Source: an uncultured archaeon
Lineage (GTDB): Archaea; Asgardarchaeota; Lokiarchaeia; Sigyniarchaeales; SOKP01
DNA: 59,600 nucleotides
Reading direction: 5' to 3'
Assembly (NCBI GenBank): GCA_964388035.1
Contig: CAYLZE010000021.1
Span: 1 to 59,600, forward strand
Both the position numbers and the translations under genes were made by a program. Numbering within the stretch: the first letter of the stretch is position 1; every line of letters starts with the position of its first letter. The notes under the pieces were generated by a model. It saw nothing but the letters and a program-made list of their open reading frames with translations, searched no databases and was not told the DNA's origin. Below are positions 42,924-52,572 of the stretch, piece after piece.

Positions 42924-43073
42924 ATGGAAAATATCGAATTTAACCACGAAAAGAATATTGCTAAGATTTTAGGTAATATGATTGAAGTTGTTAAAAAAAA
43001 TGAAATGCATGAATTAGCAGATAAATGGGCTCATATCTTAAAAAAATATAATAGAAGTTCCCAAAAGAAATGA
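42924..43073 (+). CDS. Possible 49-aa small protein or gene remnant
   Basis: MENIEFNHEKNIAKILGNMIEVVKKNEMHELADKWAHILKKYNRSSQKK; below the track cutoff. Confidence 0.35.
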   Translation: MENIEFNHEKNIAKILGNMIEVVKKNEMHELADKWAHILKKYNRSSQKK

Positions 43074-43185
43074 TTTTCTTTCATCAAAGTATATTTATCA
43101 CATAGATATTTCATGGATTCTTCTTTCCACACTTTAATAATTCTAACATGATAATTTTTTATTTATAATTTCTTTCTTTCTTTCA

Positions 43186-43773
43186 ATGCAAATGGATTTA
43201 AAGAACTTAATTATACTTCTTCAACCATTTGAAGGAGTAGACTTTTCAATTCTTAAAATGTTAGAAGATAATTTAGAAGAAGCAATGTTGCCATTTAATG
43301 TAATAGTCTACTCAAGTGAAAATATTATATTTTTTAATAACGAGAGTTATAATGAGAGAAGATCACAATTCAATGCTTCTCTGCTTTTAAATCGTTTAAA
43401 TAATCATTTTCTTAAAAATAATATTAAAATATTTCGAACGCTTGGTATTTTAGATAAAGATATTTATATGAAAGGTAAGAACTTCATTTATGGGATTTCC
43501 CAAGAACCCATAAATCATTACTTTTATAATGAACCTAAATTTGCACTTATTTCAATTTTTCGTTTGAGAAATCATTCAAAAGATAATACTAGTAATAACA
43601 TTCTTTTTCATTCAAGAATTCTCAAGCAAGTAATGCATGAATTGGGACATACATTAGGACTGGAACATTGCCAAAAATTTTGCGTGATGAGATTTTCCAT
43701 TTCTTTATTAGAAATTGATAATAAACCTGCTAAATTTTGTGATAAATGTTCAAATGTCCTAAAAATGCTTTAA
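43186..43773 (+). CDS. Archaemetzincin (peptidase M54)
   Basis: RSQFNA, HELGHTLGLEHC...CVMRFS...FCDKC. Confidence 0.92.
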   Translation: MQMDLKNLIILLQPFEGVDFSILKMLEDNLEEAMLPFNVIVYSSENIIFFNNESYNERRSQFNASLLLNRLNNHFLKNNIKIFRTLGILDKDIYMKGKNFIYGISQEPINHYFYNEPKFALISIFRLRNHSKDNTSNNILFHSRILKQVMHELGHTLGLEHCQKFCVMRFSISLLEIDNKPAKFCDKCSNVLKML

Positions 43774-43790
43774 ATTCTTTTTTTAAAAAT

Positions 43791-44753
43791 TTAGTCCTCT
43801 TCTAATTTCATTGCCATTATATATTCTTCATTAGTCACGAAACGATATATTGCTTTTAAGACAGCATTAAAAGCCGTGGGATTTTCGAGATTTGGGGGAT
43901 TTCCTAAATTTTCAGGAATGTCTAAAATATTTGGTGGTTTTCTGAACTGAAAATTTAATTCTGTTATATTTTTCATTTGTCGTTTTTGGGATGAAATTTC
44001 TTCAAAACCTATTTTAGGCACGTTAAATCCTTGCTTAATCTTCTTCTTGATTTTTTTGCTCTCTTCCTCCATGGATCTGCTCTCAATATCATTTTCTGAA
44101 AGATGTAATTCTCTTAAAAGTTCTCCTTTAGTTTTTCCTCTCAATTTTAATAAGATAAAGGGATCATAATCAAGAACTCGAGCAATATATAAAATTGTAG
44201 CGGCTATATGCTTACAAGGAACTTCTTTATCAGGACAAGAACAGGTGGCATTTAACCCATCTTTGGTTATATCTGGAAAGAGAGGATGTCCATATTTTTT
44301 AAAAGTCTCAGCAATTTCTTCAGGTAATATGCCTTCAAGTAGTTCAATCAAATATAAAGGTGATTTAGCAATTTCCTCAATTATCTTCTTCCATTCCTCT
44401 TCCGGGATCACGTGAAAATGAATGTTAATTCTGTAGGGTGTGGGAGCTGTTCCTTGAACAGTAGAAAAAATATGCCCCTTGTTGATACTTAATGCATCAA
44501 TTTTCCCATTTAAAGCATAATCTATTCCCCTCTGCATTCTAAATGGACGTCCTAATTGTAGAATAGAATTAACCCATTGTTTACTCCATATTGATTTAGA
44601 GAAATTGCTCAAATTCTTTTTAATCTGTTGTACTTCCTCCTGGGTTTTTTTTCTTTCATGTTCTGTTTTTGGAAACTTTTTATATGGTTTATTTCTTCGA
44701 TCTTCATTGAAAAAATCTCTTTCACGCAACTTTATCCCTCCTGTAAATTTCAT
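43791..44753 (-). CDS. SWIM zinc-finger protein (SNF2-associated)
   Basis: RMQRG..YA, VQGT..PY, CSCPD..VPCKH, DPFILLKLRG; 4-nt overlap with the SNF2 gene. Confidence 0.9.
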   Translation of the reverse strand: MKFTGGIKLRERDFFNEDRRNKPYKKFPKTEHERKKTQEEVQQIKKNLSNFSKSIWSKQWVNSILQLGRPFRMQRGIDYALNGKIDALSINKGHIFSTVQGTAPTPYRINIHFHVIPEEEWKKIIEEIAKSPLYLIELLEGILPEEIAETFKKYGHPLFPDITKDGLNATCSCPDKEVPCKHIAATILYIARVLDYDPFILLKLRGKTKGELLRELHLSENDIESRSMEEESKKIKKKIKQGFNVPKIGFEEISSQKRQMKNITELNFQFRKPPNILDIPENLGNPPNLENPTAFNAVLKAIYRFVTNEEYIMAMKLEED

Positions 44754-47700
44754 TCATTTAGAGTTATAATTTCTTTTATTTTTTCGATATTCAAGTCTGT
44801 AATCCAATTTTCTCCACTCGATGTTATAATAGCATCTGCCAATTCTTTCTTTTCACTCAATAAAATTTCTATTTTTTCTTCAATTGTGCCAAGTGTTATA
44901 AATTTGTACACATTTACTGTATGGGTCTGCCCTATTCGATAAGCTCTATCAGTTGCTTGAGCTTCCACACTCGGATTCCACCACCTGTCAAAGTGGATAA
45001 CTGTGGTCGCACGAGTCAGGTTTAAACCCGTCCCTCCCGCCTTTAAAGAAAGAATTAAGATGGGAGCACTATCTATCGCATTGGATTGGAATTCATCTAT
45101 GATCTCTTTTCTTTTTTTCTCGGGTACACTTCCATGAAAAAATAACGTCTTGAAAGCGTAGCTTTCTTGTAGCACCCTTAAAAGTAAATCTCCCATTTTT
45201 TTAAATTGAGTAAAAATTATAACCTTTTCTTCATTAGATATAATTTCCTCTATCATTTCAACAAGACGTTCTAATTTATTTGAATATGAAATCACTTCTT
45301 CGAATGGTTGCTCGAAATTCTCTTTCTTTAAATATTGATAAGGATGATTACATATCTGCTTTAATTTGACTAATAATCGTAAAATTAAGCCAGCACTCTT
45401 AAACTTATCCGCTTTCATGAGTTCCATTTGTTTTAACGTTTCTGATACCTCTTTTTTATACAAAATTGCTTGTTGATCTGTTAATTTTATGTAAATCTTG
45501 ATTTCATTCTTTTCAGGTAAATCCTTAATAATGGATTTATCCGATTTCACGCGACGTAAAATGAAGGGATTAATTATTTCTTTCAAATTATCAATTATAT
45601 CCTTATCTTGATATCTTTCAATCGGAATAACATAGCTTTTTAAAAATTGAGTTCTATTTCCTAATAAACCCGGATTTAAAAACTCAAATAAACTCCATAA
45701 TTCTAAAAGTCGATTCTCGATAGGAGTACCGCTCAAGCAAATTCTATAACTACTTTTTAAGCGATGTAATGCCTTGGTTTGTTTTGCATCAAAGTTTTTT
45801 ATATTCTGTGATTCATCCACAATTACGCCTTGATAATTAATTTTTTCGAGTAATTCTATATCGTTTCTTATCGTTCCATAAGTCGATAATATGATAATAT
45901 TTGGTAAGGTATATTCATTTAATTTTTTTAAATTTGAAATCCTGTTAGGACCATGATGTACAATAAATTTTAGACTTGGTCCGAATTTTTCCATTTCTCT
46001 CTGCCAATTAAATAGAACGGAAGTAGGACAAATAATTAAAATTCCCCCGGCAAGTTGAGGAAAATGCTGTTTACGGTAAAGCAGATATGCTATTACTTGT
46101 ATGGTCTTTCCTAAGCCCATATCGTCGGCCAAACATACTCCGAAATTTAAATCACACATGTTTGCCAGCCAAGTCAGCCCTACTTTTTGATACTCCCTTA
46201 AGGTTCCATTAAAGGAATTCGGAACAGTAATTTCTCTAACTTTTTCGGTGAATTGCAACCTTTCAATAATATCATTGAGATAACCTTCCACCACCACTTC
46301 ATACGTATTTTCTCCTTCTTGCAATTCCGCCTGTCCAGATAATCCTAATTTTAATGCTGGCAAGAAATTAATAGTTCCATCTGGTTTCAACCCCAAATTC
46401 TGTGATCCCTGAGGAGTTAATAGGTTGTTTAAATTCTGGAAATCTTCTTTCTCAATTAAGACCCATTTTCCATCAACATTAATTAATGGTTCCTGGGTAG
46501 ATATAATCATTTGTTTTTGAGCATCCGTGAGTCCTTTTCCCTCTAAAGAAACTTGCCATTTGTATTGTAATAACGTGTTTATATCAAACAATGATGGCAA
46601 CCCATCGGATGTTCCTTTGACACTTTTTTTTCTTTTAGGTGAAAATATAATTAATTTTGTAGATAATCTCTGGTTTCCTCCTTTTGTAAAGACTTCGGGG
46701 ACGATTACATTGAATCCGCTTTGAATTAATAAATCTTTGGGATATTTTAAAAAATCCATAACTTCTGAAGGACTTAAAAGCATTTTTTCGGGTAAACGTA
46801 GTCTAAGTTCTTTTTTAATGGGAGGAAATATGTTCGAAATCATCCCGAATGCTCTCAAAATGAATTCTATAAATGCTTCTCTATCTTTAAAAATCTCGGA
46901 AAAATAGTTATTATAATAGGTTTCGTTCTCCCACGCTTCCATTATCCCAAATTCCTTATTATTATTCCGTAGTTTAATAGAGAATGCTAAAGGCCAGTCA
47001 GTATTACTATTTTCGGGAAGATTCAATTTTATGTTAAATAGCACCTGCCTATTTGCTTGAAATATCTGTGAGATATTAACCCAATTTCTTATAATTTTTG
47101 GAATTATGGTATCATGAAACGTGCTAATAGGGAAATCAGAATTTTTTCCTACTAAAGAATTCAGAAATTTAAAATCCCAATCAAATGGTTTACTTTCTTC
47201 AGGAGTTTTTATTTTATCCATTCCATAATAGTCTTCAAAAGCTCTAAATTCACTCTTATTCAAAAAATATCGGATTAAGTAATTCCCCACTTGATCTAAG
47301 AATAGAGTATATAGATATAAAGGATGCCATAGACCACTTGTCATGAAGGGAATGTCCTTCTCCCTCCCTTTTGAGGTAACTTCGATAAAGTCTGCGGGTA
47401 AATTATATGTCAACCAGTGACTCTCATTTATAATTGCATTAAATCTCTCATTATCAGAAGCAGTTTTTAATATTAATTGCCACTTGCCTTCATATAATTT
47501 TGGCTCTTCTTGTTCAAGTATAGGGATGAAATTCCCTCTGGTGATGAGTTCAAAAATTAATTTGGTTAAGTAGGACCAAGTTTTTATACTCTCACTAAGA
47601 TTTCCTTCTCCTAAGTTGCTCTCCTTTATTATTTTTAACTTGTATAAGATTTTAATTGCAGGCAAAATGGGTATGATTTTCCCAACATGAGGGTTAACAT

Positions 47701-48001
47701 AGAAAACATCCTTATCGTTGAGGCTTAATGTTTCAATTTCTTCTGTTTTTTTATAGTGTTCAGGAGTCACTGCTAGATTGATACGACAAGTTAGTAGTTT
47801 TTGAACGGGAATTTCAGGAAAAGTAAAATTTAATAATTTAGAAAGTTGGGTTTCAGTTGAAAGCTGGTCACTCCAAAAAATAAAAAAATCTGCATTCTCG
47901 GGAAGTTTTGTGTCTTTATTTAATAGTTCAAACCCGCTTAGCGGATTAGTCCAATATTTTGAGGGAATATAACTTAATTGAAGGGTCATGTTTTGATTCA
48001 C
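44750..48001 (-). CDS. SNF2-family ATPase (SSO1653/DUF3670-like)
   Basis: LADDMGLGKT, CPTS, DESQNIKN, SGTPIENRL, LRRVK, LSLKAGGTGLNLT, DRWWNP, QATDRAYRIGQ. Confidence 0.95.
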   Translation of the reverse strand: MNQNMTLQLSYIPSKYWTNPLSGFELLNKDTKLPENADFFIFWSDQLSTETQLSKLLNFTFPEIPVQKLLTCRINLAVTPEHYKKTEEIETLSLNDKDVFYVNPHVGKIIPILPAIKILYKLKIIKESNLGEGNLSESIKTWSYLTKLIFELITRGNFIPILEQEEPKLYEGKWQLILKTASDNERFNAIINESHWLTYNLPADFIEVTSKGREKDIPFMTSGLWHPLYLYTLFLDQVGNYLIRYFLNKSEFRAFEDYYGMDKIKTPEESKPFDWDFKFLNSLVGKNSDFPISTFHDTIIPKIIRNWVNISQIFQANRQVLFNIKLNLPENSNTDWPLAFSIKLRNNNKEFGIMEAWENETYYNNYFSEIFKDREAFIEFILRAFGMISNIFPPIKKELRLRLPEKMLLSPSEVMDFLKYPKDLLIQSGFNVIVPEVFTKGGNQRLSTKLIIFSPKRKKSVKGTSDGLPSLFDINTLLQYKWQVSLEGKGLTDAQKQMIISTQEPLINVDGKWVLIEKEDFQNLNNLLTPQGSQNLGLKPDGTINFLPALKLGLSGQAELQEGENTYEVVVEGYLNDIIERLQFTEKVREITVPNSFNGTLREYQKVGLTWLANMCDLNFGVCLADDMGLGKTIQVIAYLLYRKQHFPQLAGGILIICPTSVLFNWQREMEKFGPSLKFIVHHGPNRISNLKKLNEYTLPNIIILSTYGTIRNDIELLEKINYQGVIVDESQNIKNFDAKQTKALHRLKSSYRICLSGTPIENRLLELWSLFEFLNPGLLGNRTQFLKSYVIPIERYQDKDIIDNLKEIINPFILRRVKSDKSIIKDLPEKNEIKIYIKLTDQQAILYKKEVSETLKQMELMKADKFKSAGLILRLLVKLKQICNHPYQYLKKENFEQPFEEVISYSNKLERLVEMIEEIISNEEKVIIFTQFKKMGDLLLRVLQESYAFKTLFFHGSVPEKKRKEIIDEFQSNAIDSAPILILSLKAGGTGLNLTRATTVIHFDRWWNPSVEAQATDRAYRIGQTHTVNVYKFITLGTIEEKIEILLSEKKELADAIITSSGENWITDLNIEKIKEIITLNE

Positions 48002-48036
48002 TCTATGAAAACCAAGTCTGAAACATCATTGATAAT

Positions 48037-48618
48037 TTACATTAACATTCCTTTAGAACTGGGGATTTCCTCTGAAACCACTTTAATCGCATCTTTTACA
48101 GCACGAGCCAATGCTTTGAAAGCAGCTTCTACCTTGTGATGCTGATCTTGCCCATATAACACGTGCAAATGTAAATTCATTTTTGCATTTTCACAAAATG
48201 AATTCAAGAAATGATAAACGTCCTCTACCGCTACATCCTCGATATTACATTCATTTAAATCTAATTCCAAAACTAACGCTTTACGTCCAGAAAAATCTAT
48301 CACGCATCTTGCTAAAGCATCATCCATGGGAATGAATGCCATGCCATACCTATTTATTCCTTTTTTATCTCCTAATGCTTCATTTAGACAACTTCCCAAA
48401 ACGATTCCTATATCTTCAACTACGTGATGAGTTAAATCTCCAGAGGACTCAATTTCCAAATCAATTAGGGAATGTTTTGAAAATAGAGTTAGCATGTGAT
48501 CCATGAATTTAAAACTGGTGTTAATTTTACTATTTCCCGTGCCATCCAGTTTGATTTTAATAGTAATCTGCGTCTCTTTTGTTTTTCTTGAAAGTTCCGC
48601 AGCCCTTTTATTGGTCAT
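48037..48618 (-). CDS. hisB: Imidazoleglycerol-phosphate dehydratase
   Basis: RKTKETQI, DHML, HHVVED, PMDD, HHKVEAAFKA, PSSKG. Confidence 0.97.
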   Translation of the reverse strand: MTNKRAAELSRKTKETQITIKIKLDGTGNSKINTSFKFMDHMLTLFSKHSLIDLEIESSGDLTHHVVEDIGIVLGSCLNEALGDKKGINRYGMAFIPMDDALARCVIDFSGRKALVLELDLNECNIEDVAVEDVYHFLNSFCENAKMNLHLHVLYGQDQHHKVEAAFKALARAVKDAIKVVSEEIPSSKGMLM

Positions 48619-48683
48619 TTTATTTCGTTTTAAAAGTTTAAAACTTAATTAATAGAAGGAGTTCCCTTATTAAAAGTTTAGAG

Positions 48684-50606
48684 TTAAGAAGTGAAAGATA
48701 GAGATCGTTTCATGTTTTCTTGATCTTCTGGTGAAATATCATAAAGGCAAAACACAAATTTATCAACTTCCTTCTGAACTTTTTCGAAATTTTCTCCCTT
48801 AGCCGCCAATATGATAATTTCTTTGACGTTTTCTCTGATTTTTATGCAATATTCTTTTTCAATTTCATTTTCTGGTAACTTAATTGGAAGAGAAAAGATC
48901 TTTTCAATTAATATGCGGGGAAATAACTTTTTATAGGATCCGAAAGATTTAATGAAATAATAAGACAAGAGTATCGAATTCAGCAAGCCTAACAGGTAAA
49001 AATGGTCAAATTCCTTAAGGGGACTATTCTTAATTTTTAGATTATAAAAGGATTGAGAACACAATGAAAAATTCTCGTCATAGGTTGCACATATGAAATT
49101 ATTTTCGTTCAGTTGCCGTATTATGATTCTTTTATCATATATATCAAGACTTTTATAATCAATATCACTTTTTGTAATATCAATATATTTATACTTCATT
49201 ATCTTGTACCTGCTCATCCTGTAAATGAATCGTTCAAAACTTTGTTCATTTTTTTCATTCACCTTATTCGTTATTATCTTTTCCATTAAATTTCGACTTA
49301 ACGGTTGATTACAATATTTACAAATTAGCTTCCTCTTAGGCATGGGCATGTATTTTTGGCACTTTTTACAATAGATGACCTTACCCTCTTTAGTTAGTTC
49401 CACCCCTCGAGTTAAAATAATATCATGATTAAATTTCCTAATTAAATCCTTTAAATTAGGAAAATTGCTATTAAGATAATCTAAAATTCTAATATCACGC
49501 CCATCCAAATTTATGAGAAATTTATAATTCCATTTTTCAACCAACCCCTGTTTGATCTTTTTTCTATTTACCCTCTCTTTTTGTTTCCATAAGACAGAAA
49601 TCTCATTATTTTCACGTATATTAGCACGTCCCTCTCGTTGTAGAATAATAATGATATTTGAGACTATAGGATCTTCAAATTCAGGTCCCGTATAATAGAT
49701 TTCTATTATTTTTGTTGTATTATATATAAATTTTCTTAATATCTTGCGATTCGATAAGGCTAACAGAGAATCCGGTACGATATAACCTAAATAACCTCCC
49801 TCTTTTAAAAGATTTATTCCTAATTCCATGAAAATTTGATAATAATCATATTGTCCCCGATTAGTGTTTAAATTTTGTTGTTTAACTATTTTTTTTTGAT
49901 AATTCGAGAGGTCTCTAATGAAAATATAGGGAGGATTCCCTATCACAAAATCATATTTTTCCTCAAAATTAAAGCTAATAGCATCTTCATTTATGATTTG
50001 GAAAACCGGAATCTTTAATTCCTCATTCTTATTTAGTTGGTGATGAAAGTGATAAAATAATAGATGTTGAAAATTCATTTGACATAATATACATGCGATT
50101 GGGTTAATATCAACCCCAAATATTAGTTTTTGAACAAAATTGAAAATAGTGGAAATCTGTTCTATCGTAAATTCAGAAGAATTTTTTTTGTTATAGATTT
50201 TCATAAATCTTTGAATTAACCGGTCCACAGCTTCAAGTAAAAAGCTTCCTGTACCGCAACTTATATCAATAACTTTTTTTGTTTCGATAGAATCCTTCAC
50301 AGTGTAATTCATGCTATTTAAAATGTGTTCCACTATTATAGAAGGTGTATAAAAAGTACCAGACTCTTTCCTCTCTTCATTTAGCATCTTTTTTTCATGA
50401 AAATTACCGAAAATGTCCTTTTTAAAACTGTGATCGTTTAATGAAGAATTGTTATTAGATATTGGATTGAAATTAGATGGGAATTTCAATTCTTCATGAA
50501 TTTCTTTCAGAATTGAGATTTGATATGGTAAATTCACATTTTTACCGTAAATTTCCTCTAATTGTTGGAATATGTTTCTGTTAGTTAAATATTCCCTAAA
50601 ATCCAA
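48684..50606 (-). CDS. N6-adenine DNA methyltransferase (gamma class, TaqI/Eco57I-like); no restriction partner visible
   Basis: GTFYTP, DISCGTGSF (motif I), GVDIN, GNPPY (motif IV), TaqI_C-like LLGLLNS...LPI. Confidence 0.9.
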   Translation of the reverse strand: MDFREYLTNRNIFQQLEEIYGKNVNLPYQISILKEIHEELKFPSNFNPISNNNSSLNDHSFKKDIFGNFHEKKMLNEERKESGTFYTPSIIVEHILNSMNYTVKDSIETKKVIDISCGTGSFLLEAVDRLIQRFMKIYNKKNSSEFTIEQISTIFNFVQKLIFGVDINPIACILCQMNFQHLLFYHFHHQLNKNEELKIPVFQIINEDAISFNFEEKYDFVIGNPPYIFIRDLSNYQKKIVKQQNLNTNRGQYDYYQIFMELGINLLKEGGYLGYIVPDSLLALSNRKILRKFIYNTTKIIEIYYTGPEFEDPIVSNIIIILQREGRANIRENNEISVLWKQKERVNRKKIKQGLVEKWNYKFLINLDGRDIRILDYLNSNFPNLKDLIRKFNHDIILTRGVELTKEGKVIYCKKCQKYMPMPKRKLICKYCNQPLSRNLMEKIITNKVNEKNEQSFERFIYRMSRYKIMKYKYIDITKSDIDYKSLDIYDKRIIIRQLNENNFICATYDENFSLCSQSFYNLKIKNSPLKEFDHFYLLGLLNSILLSYYFIKSFGSYKKLFPRILIEKIFSLPIKLPENEIEKEYCIKIRENVKEIIILAAKGENFEKVQKEVDKFVFCLYDISPEDQENMKRSLSFTS

Positions 50607-50705
50607 GATTCAGTCCATTCCGAATGTATTATTTTAAAGTCATTATATTTAAAAAATAAACCTTTTGATAATAAGTGTTTTTTTATCTGAAGAATTTATT
50701 TCTTC

Positions 50706-51212
50706 ATGGAAATCACTAATTGCGAGATTAAAAATTTAGAAGAAAGAACACTTCCGGAATCAATTTGCTTTAAATCAATTGGAATAATCCATTCTCCTTT
50801 TAAGGATTTAAAGGGCATTCCGATACAATCATCAATGTCGAATACTGAAGGTATTATTGAAGTTTTCAAGCAATATCAACCCGCTTTGAAAGATTTAGAT
50901 GGTTTTTCTTATCTTTTCTGTCTTTATTTATTCGATATGGTGAAACTCCCTGTACCTCTACAATCTAAATCTTTCTTAGATAATGAATAAAGAGGAGTAT
51001 TTTCGACCCGAACGCCTTTTCGCCCTAATCCAATTGGTTTTTCCGCGGTTAAATTACTATCCTTGAGAGAAAATGAAATCAAAGTAGGAAACATCGATAT
51101 TTTAGACGCTACACCTCTAATTGATATCAAGCCATTCATCCCCGAATTTGATAATAGAAAAACCTCAAGAATTGGTTGGCTGACTAATAAAATAAGACCT
51201 AAATTAAGTTAG
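50706..51212 (+). pseudogene. trmO: tRNA m6t6A37 methyltransferase TrmO/TsaA interrupted by an in-frame TAA (50988-50990)
   Basis: IGIIHSPF..LKDLDGFS...FLDNE*RGVFSTRTPFRPNPIGFS...IDILDATPLIDIKPFIPEFD in one frame to TAG 51210-51212. Confidence 0.88.
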
Positions 51213-51281
51213 TTATTGTAATTCTTAAACCTTAAATACGTATAAAATATAATATTTTTATAGATTATCATTGAAGTTCAA

Positions 51282-52412
51282 TTGAATATAACCATGTCCA
51301 TTATTTTTTGGCTAATTGTGAGTTTAATTCTTATAACTCTATTAGAACTTACTTACGTCATTATAACAAGTAAAAATGACGGTCCATTTCCATACATGTT
51401 TATATTAAAAATTATTGTATTGCTTATCGGTATAATCTATCCTATTTTGATTTTGTTTTCCAATCTAATGATATTCACTGAATCTTATGCTATTTTTTTT
51501 TGGAAAATGTCGATAATTACCGAAATAGTGTCAGCTTATCTCATAAATCTCATTTTTTGTTTTCTTACAGAAAGTAAAAAAGTCAATTTTTTATCGATTT
51601 TAATTTTAAGCATAATTGGGAGTTTGATTCTCAGTAATCAATTTGATAGTTTAAGTGTTTCTATTGCCCAAATTGGAGATTACTACTATTATTTGCATGA
51701 TAATTACTCCAAAAGCTTAATTATTCTCTTTCATGCAATATTTATAGGATTATTAATTTATTATTTAATTCAGTTTTGGAGAAAACCTCTTTCTATATCT
51801 CTTTCCCTTTTATTATCTTTTCTCTCCTTAAGCATGATCTCATTCTTAGTTTCCTACTTTTTGTTAATAATTACCATGAATAAGTCTTATTTAGTTGCAA
51901 ATCTTCTTAGTATAATAATCGCAGTAATCATCGCATTAATCGTTTATATTAAAAAACCCAACCTATATATTCGTTTTTCCATGAAATTGGAATATATAAC
52001 CATTTTTCATAAATCGGGAATCTTATTATATTCCTATAATTTTGAACAAGGCAAAGAAATTGAAGAATCGTTTCTAAAAGGATCGATCTTAATTGGGATA
52101 AATTCGACCTTGAATAGTTTTTTAGATAAAAAAAACCAGTTAGATTACATACAAATTCGAGATAAATTTGCGTATTTTGACTTTAATAAACAATATGGGT
52201 ATGCCCTCCTATTAATTGCTAATAAAACGAATAAAATGATAAAAAAATCTATTAAAGAATTCATTGATCTCTTTACCCAACAAAATAAGGATTATTTGGA
52301 AGAAATTAATCAGAACATGGCATTAATTGACTTATCCCATTTTAAAAATACGAATCAACTGATAAAGAAAGTATTTCATACCTATTTCATAAATAATAAG
52401 GATTCCAAATGA
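51282..52412 (+). CDS. 7-TM membrane protein with C-terminal longin-like domain
   Basis: Seven hydrophobic segments, then YITIFHKSGILLYSYNF...GSILIGINS...YGYALLLIA. Confidence 0.75.
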   Translation: MNITMSIIFWLIVSLILITLLELTYVIITSKNDGPFPYMFILKIIVLLIGIIYPILILFSNLMIFTESYAIFFWKMSIITEIVSAYLINLIFCFLTESKKVNFLSILILSIIGSLILSNQFDSLSVSIAQIGDYYYYLHDNYSKSLIILFHAIFIGLLIYYLIQFWRKPLSISLSLLLSFLSLSMISFLVSYFLLIITMNKSYLVANLLSIIIAVIIALIVYIKKPNLYIRFSMKLEYITIFHKSGILLYSYNFEQGKEIEESFLKGSILIGINSTLNSFLDKKNQLDYIQIRDKFAYFDFNKQYGYALLLIANKTNKMIKKSIKEFIDLFTQQNKDYLEEINQNMALIDLSHFKNTNQLIKKVFHTYFINNKDSK

Positions 52413-52572
52413 TTCTCTCGTCTTATAATATAATTTCTTCCAAAGTTTCTTATTGGAAACGATATATCCAAAAATTTAATAAAGCAAATTATTTTATTTT
52501 TATAAGCAGGTTATTTTGAGAAATCTTTGTAAATGTATATTCTCCTCATACATTTAAGGTAATTCCATTTAT

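Noticed and set aside
48619-48683. His-rich leader peptide before hisB
   Set aside because: Looked for by analogy with cimA; the 65-nt gap has no such uORF
50604-50618. ATG-GAC-TGA-ATC-TTG in frame at the start of the DNA MTase
   Set aside because: Only two codons precede the TGA and I saw no SECIS-like element after the gene; TTG is an adequate start
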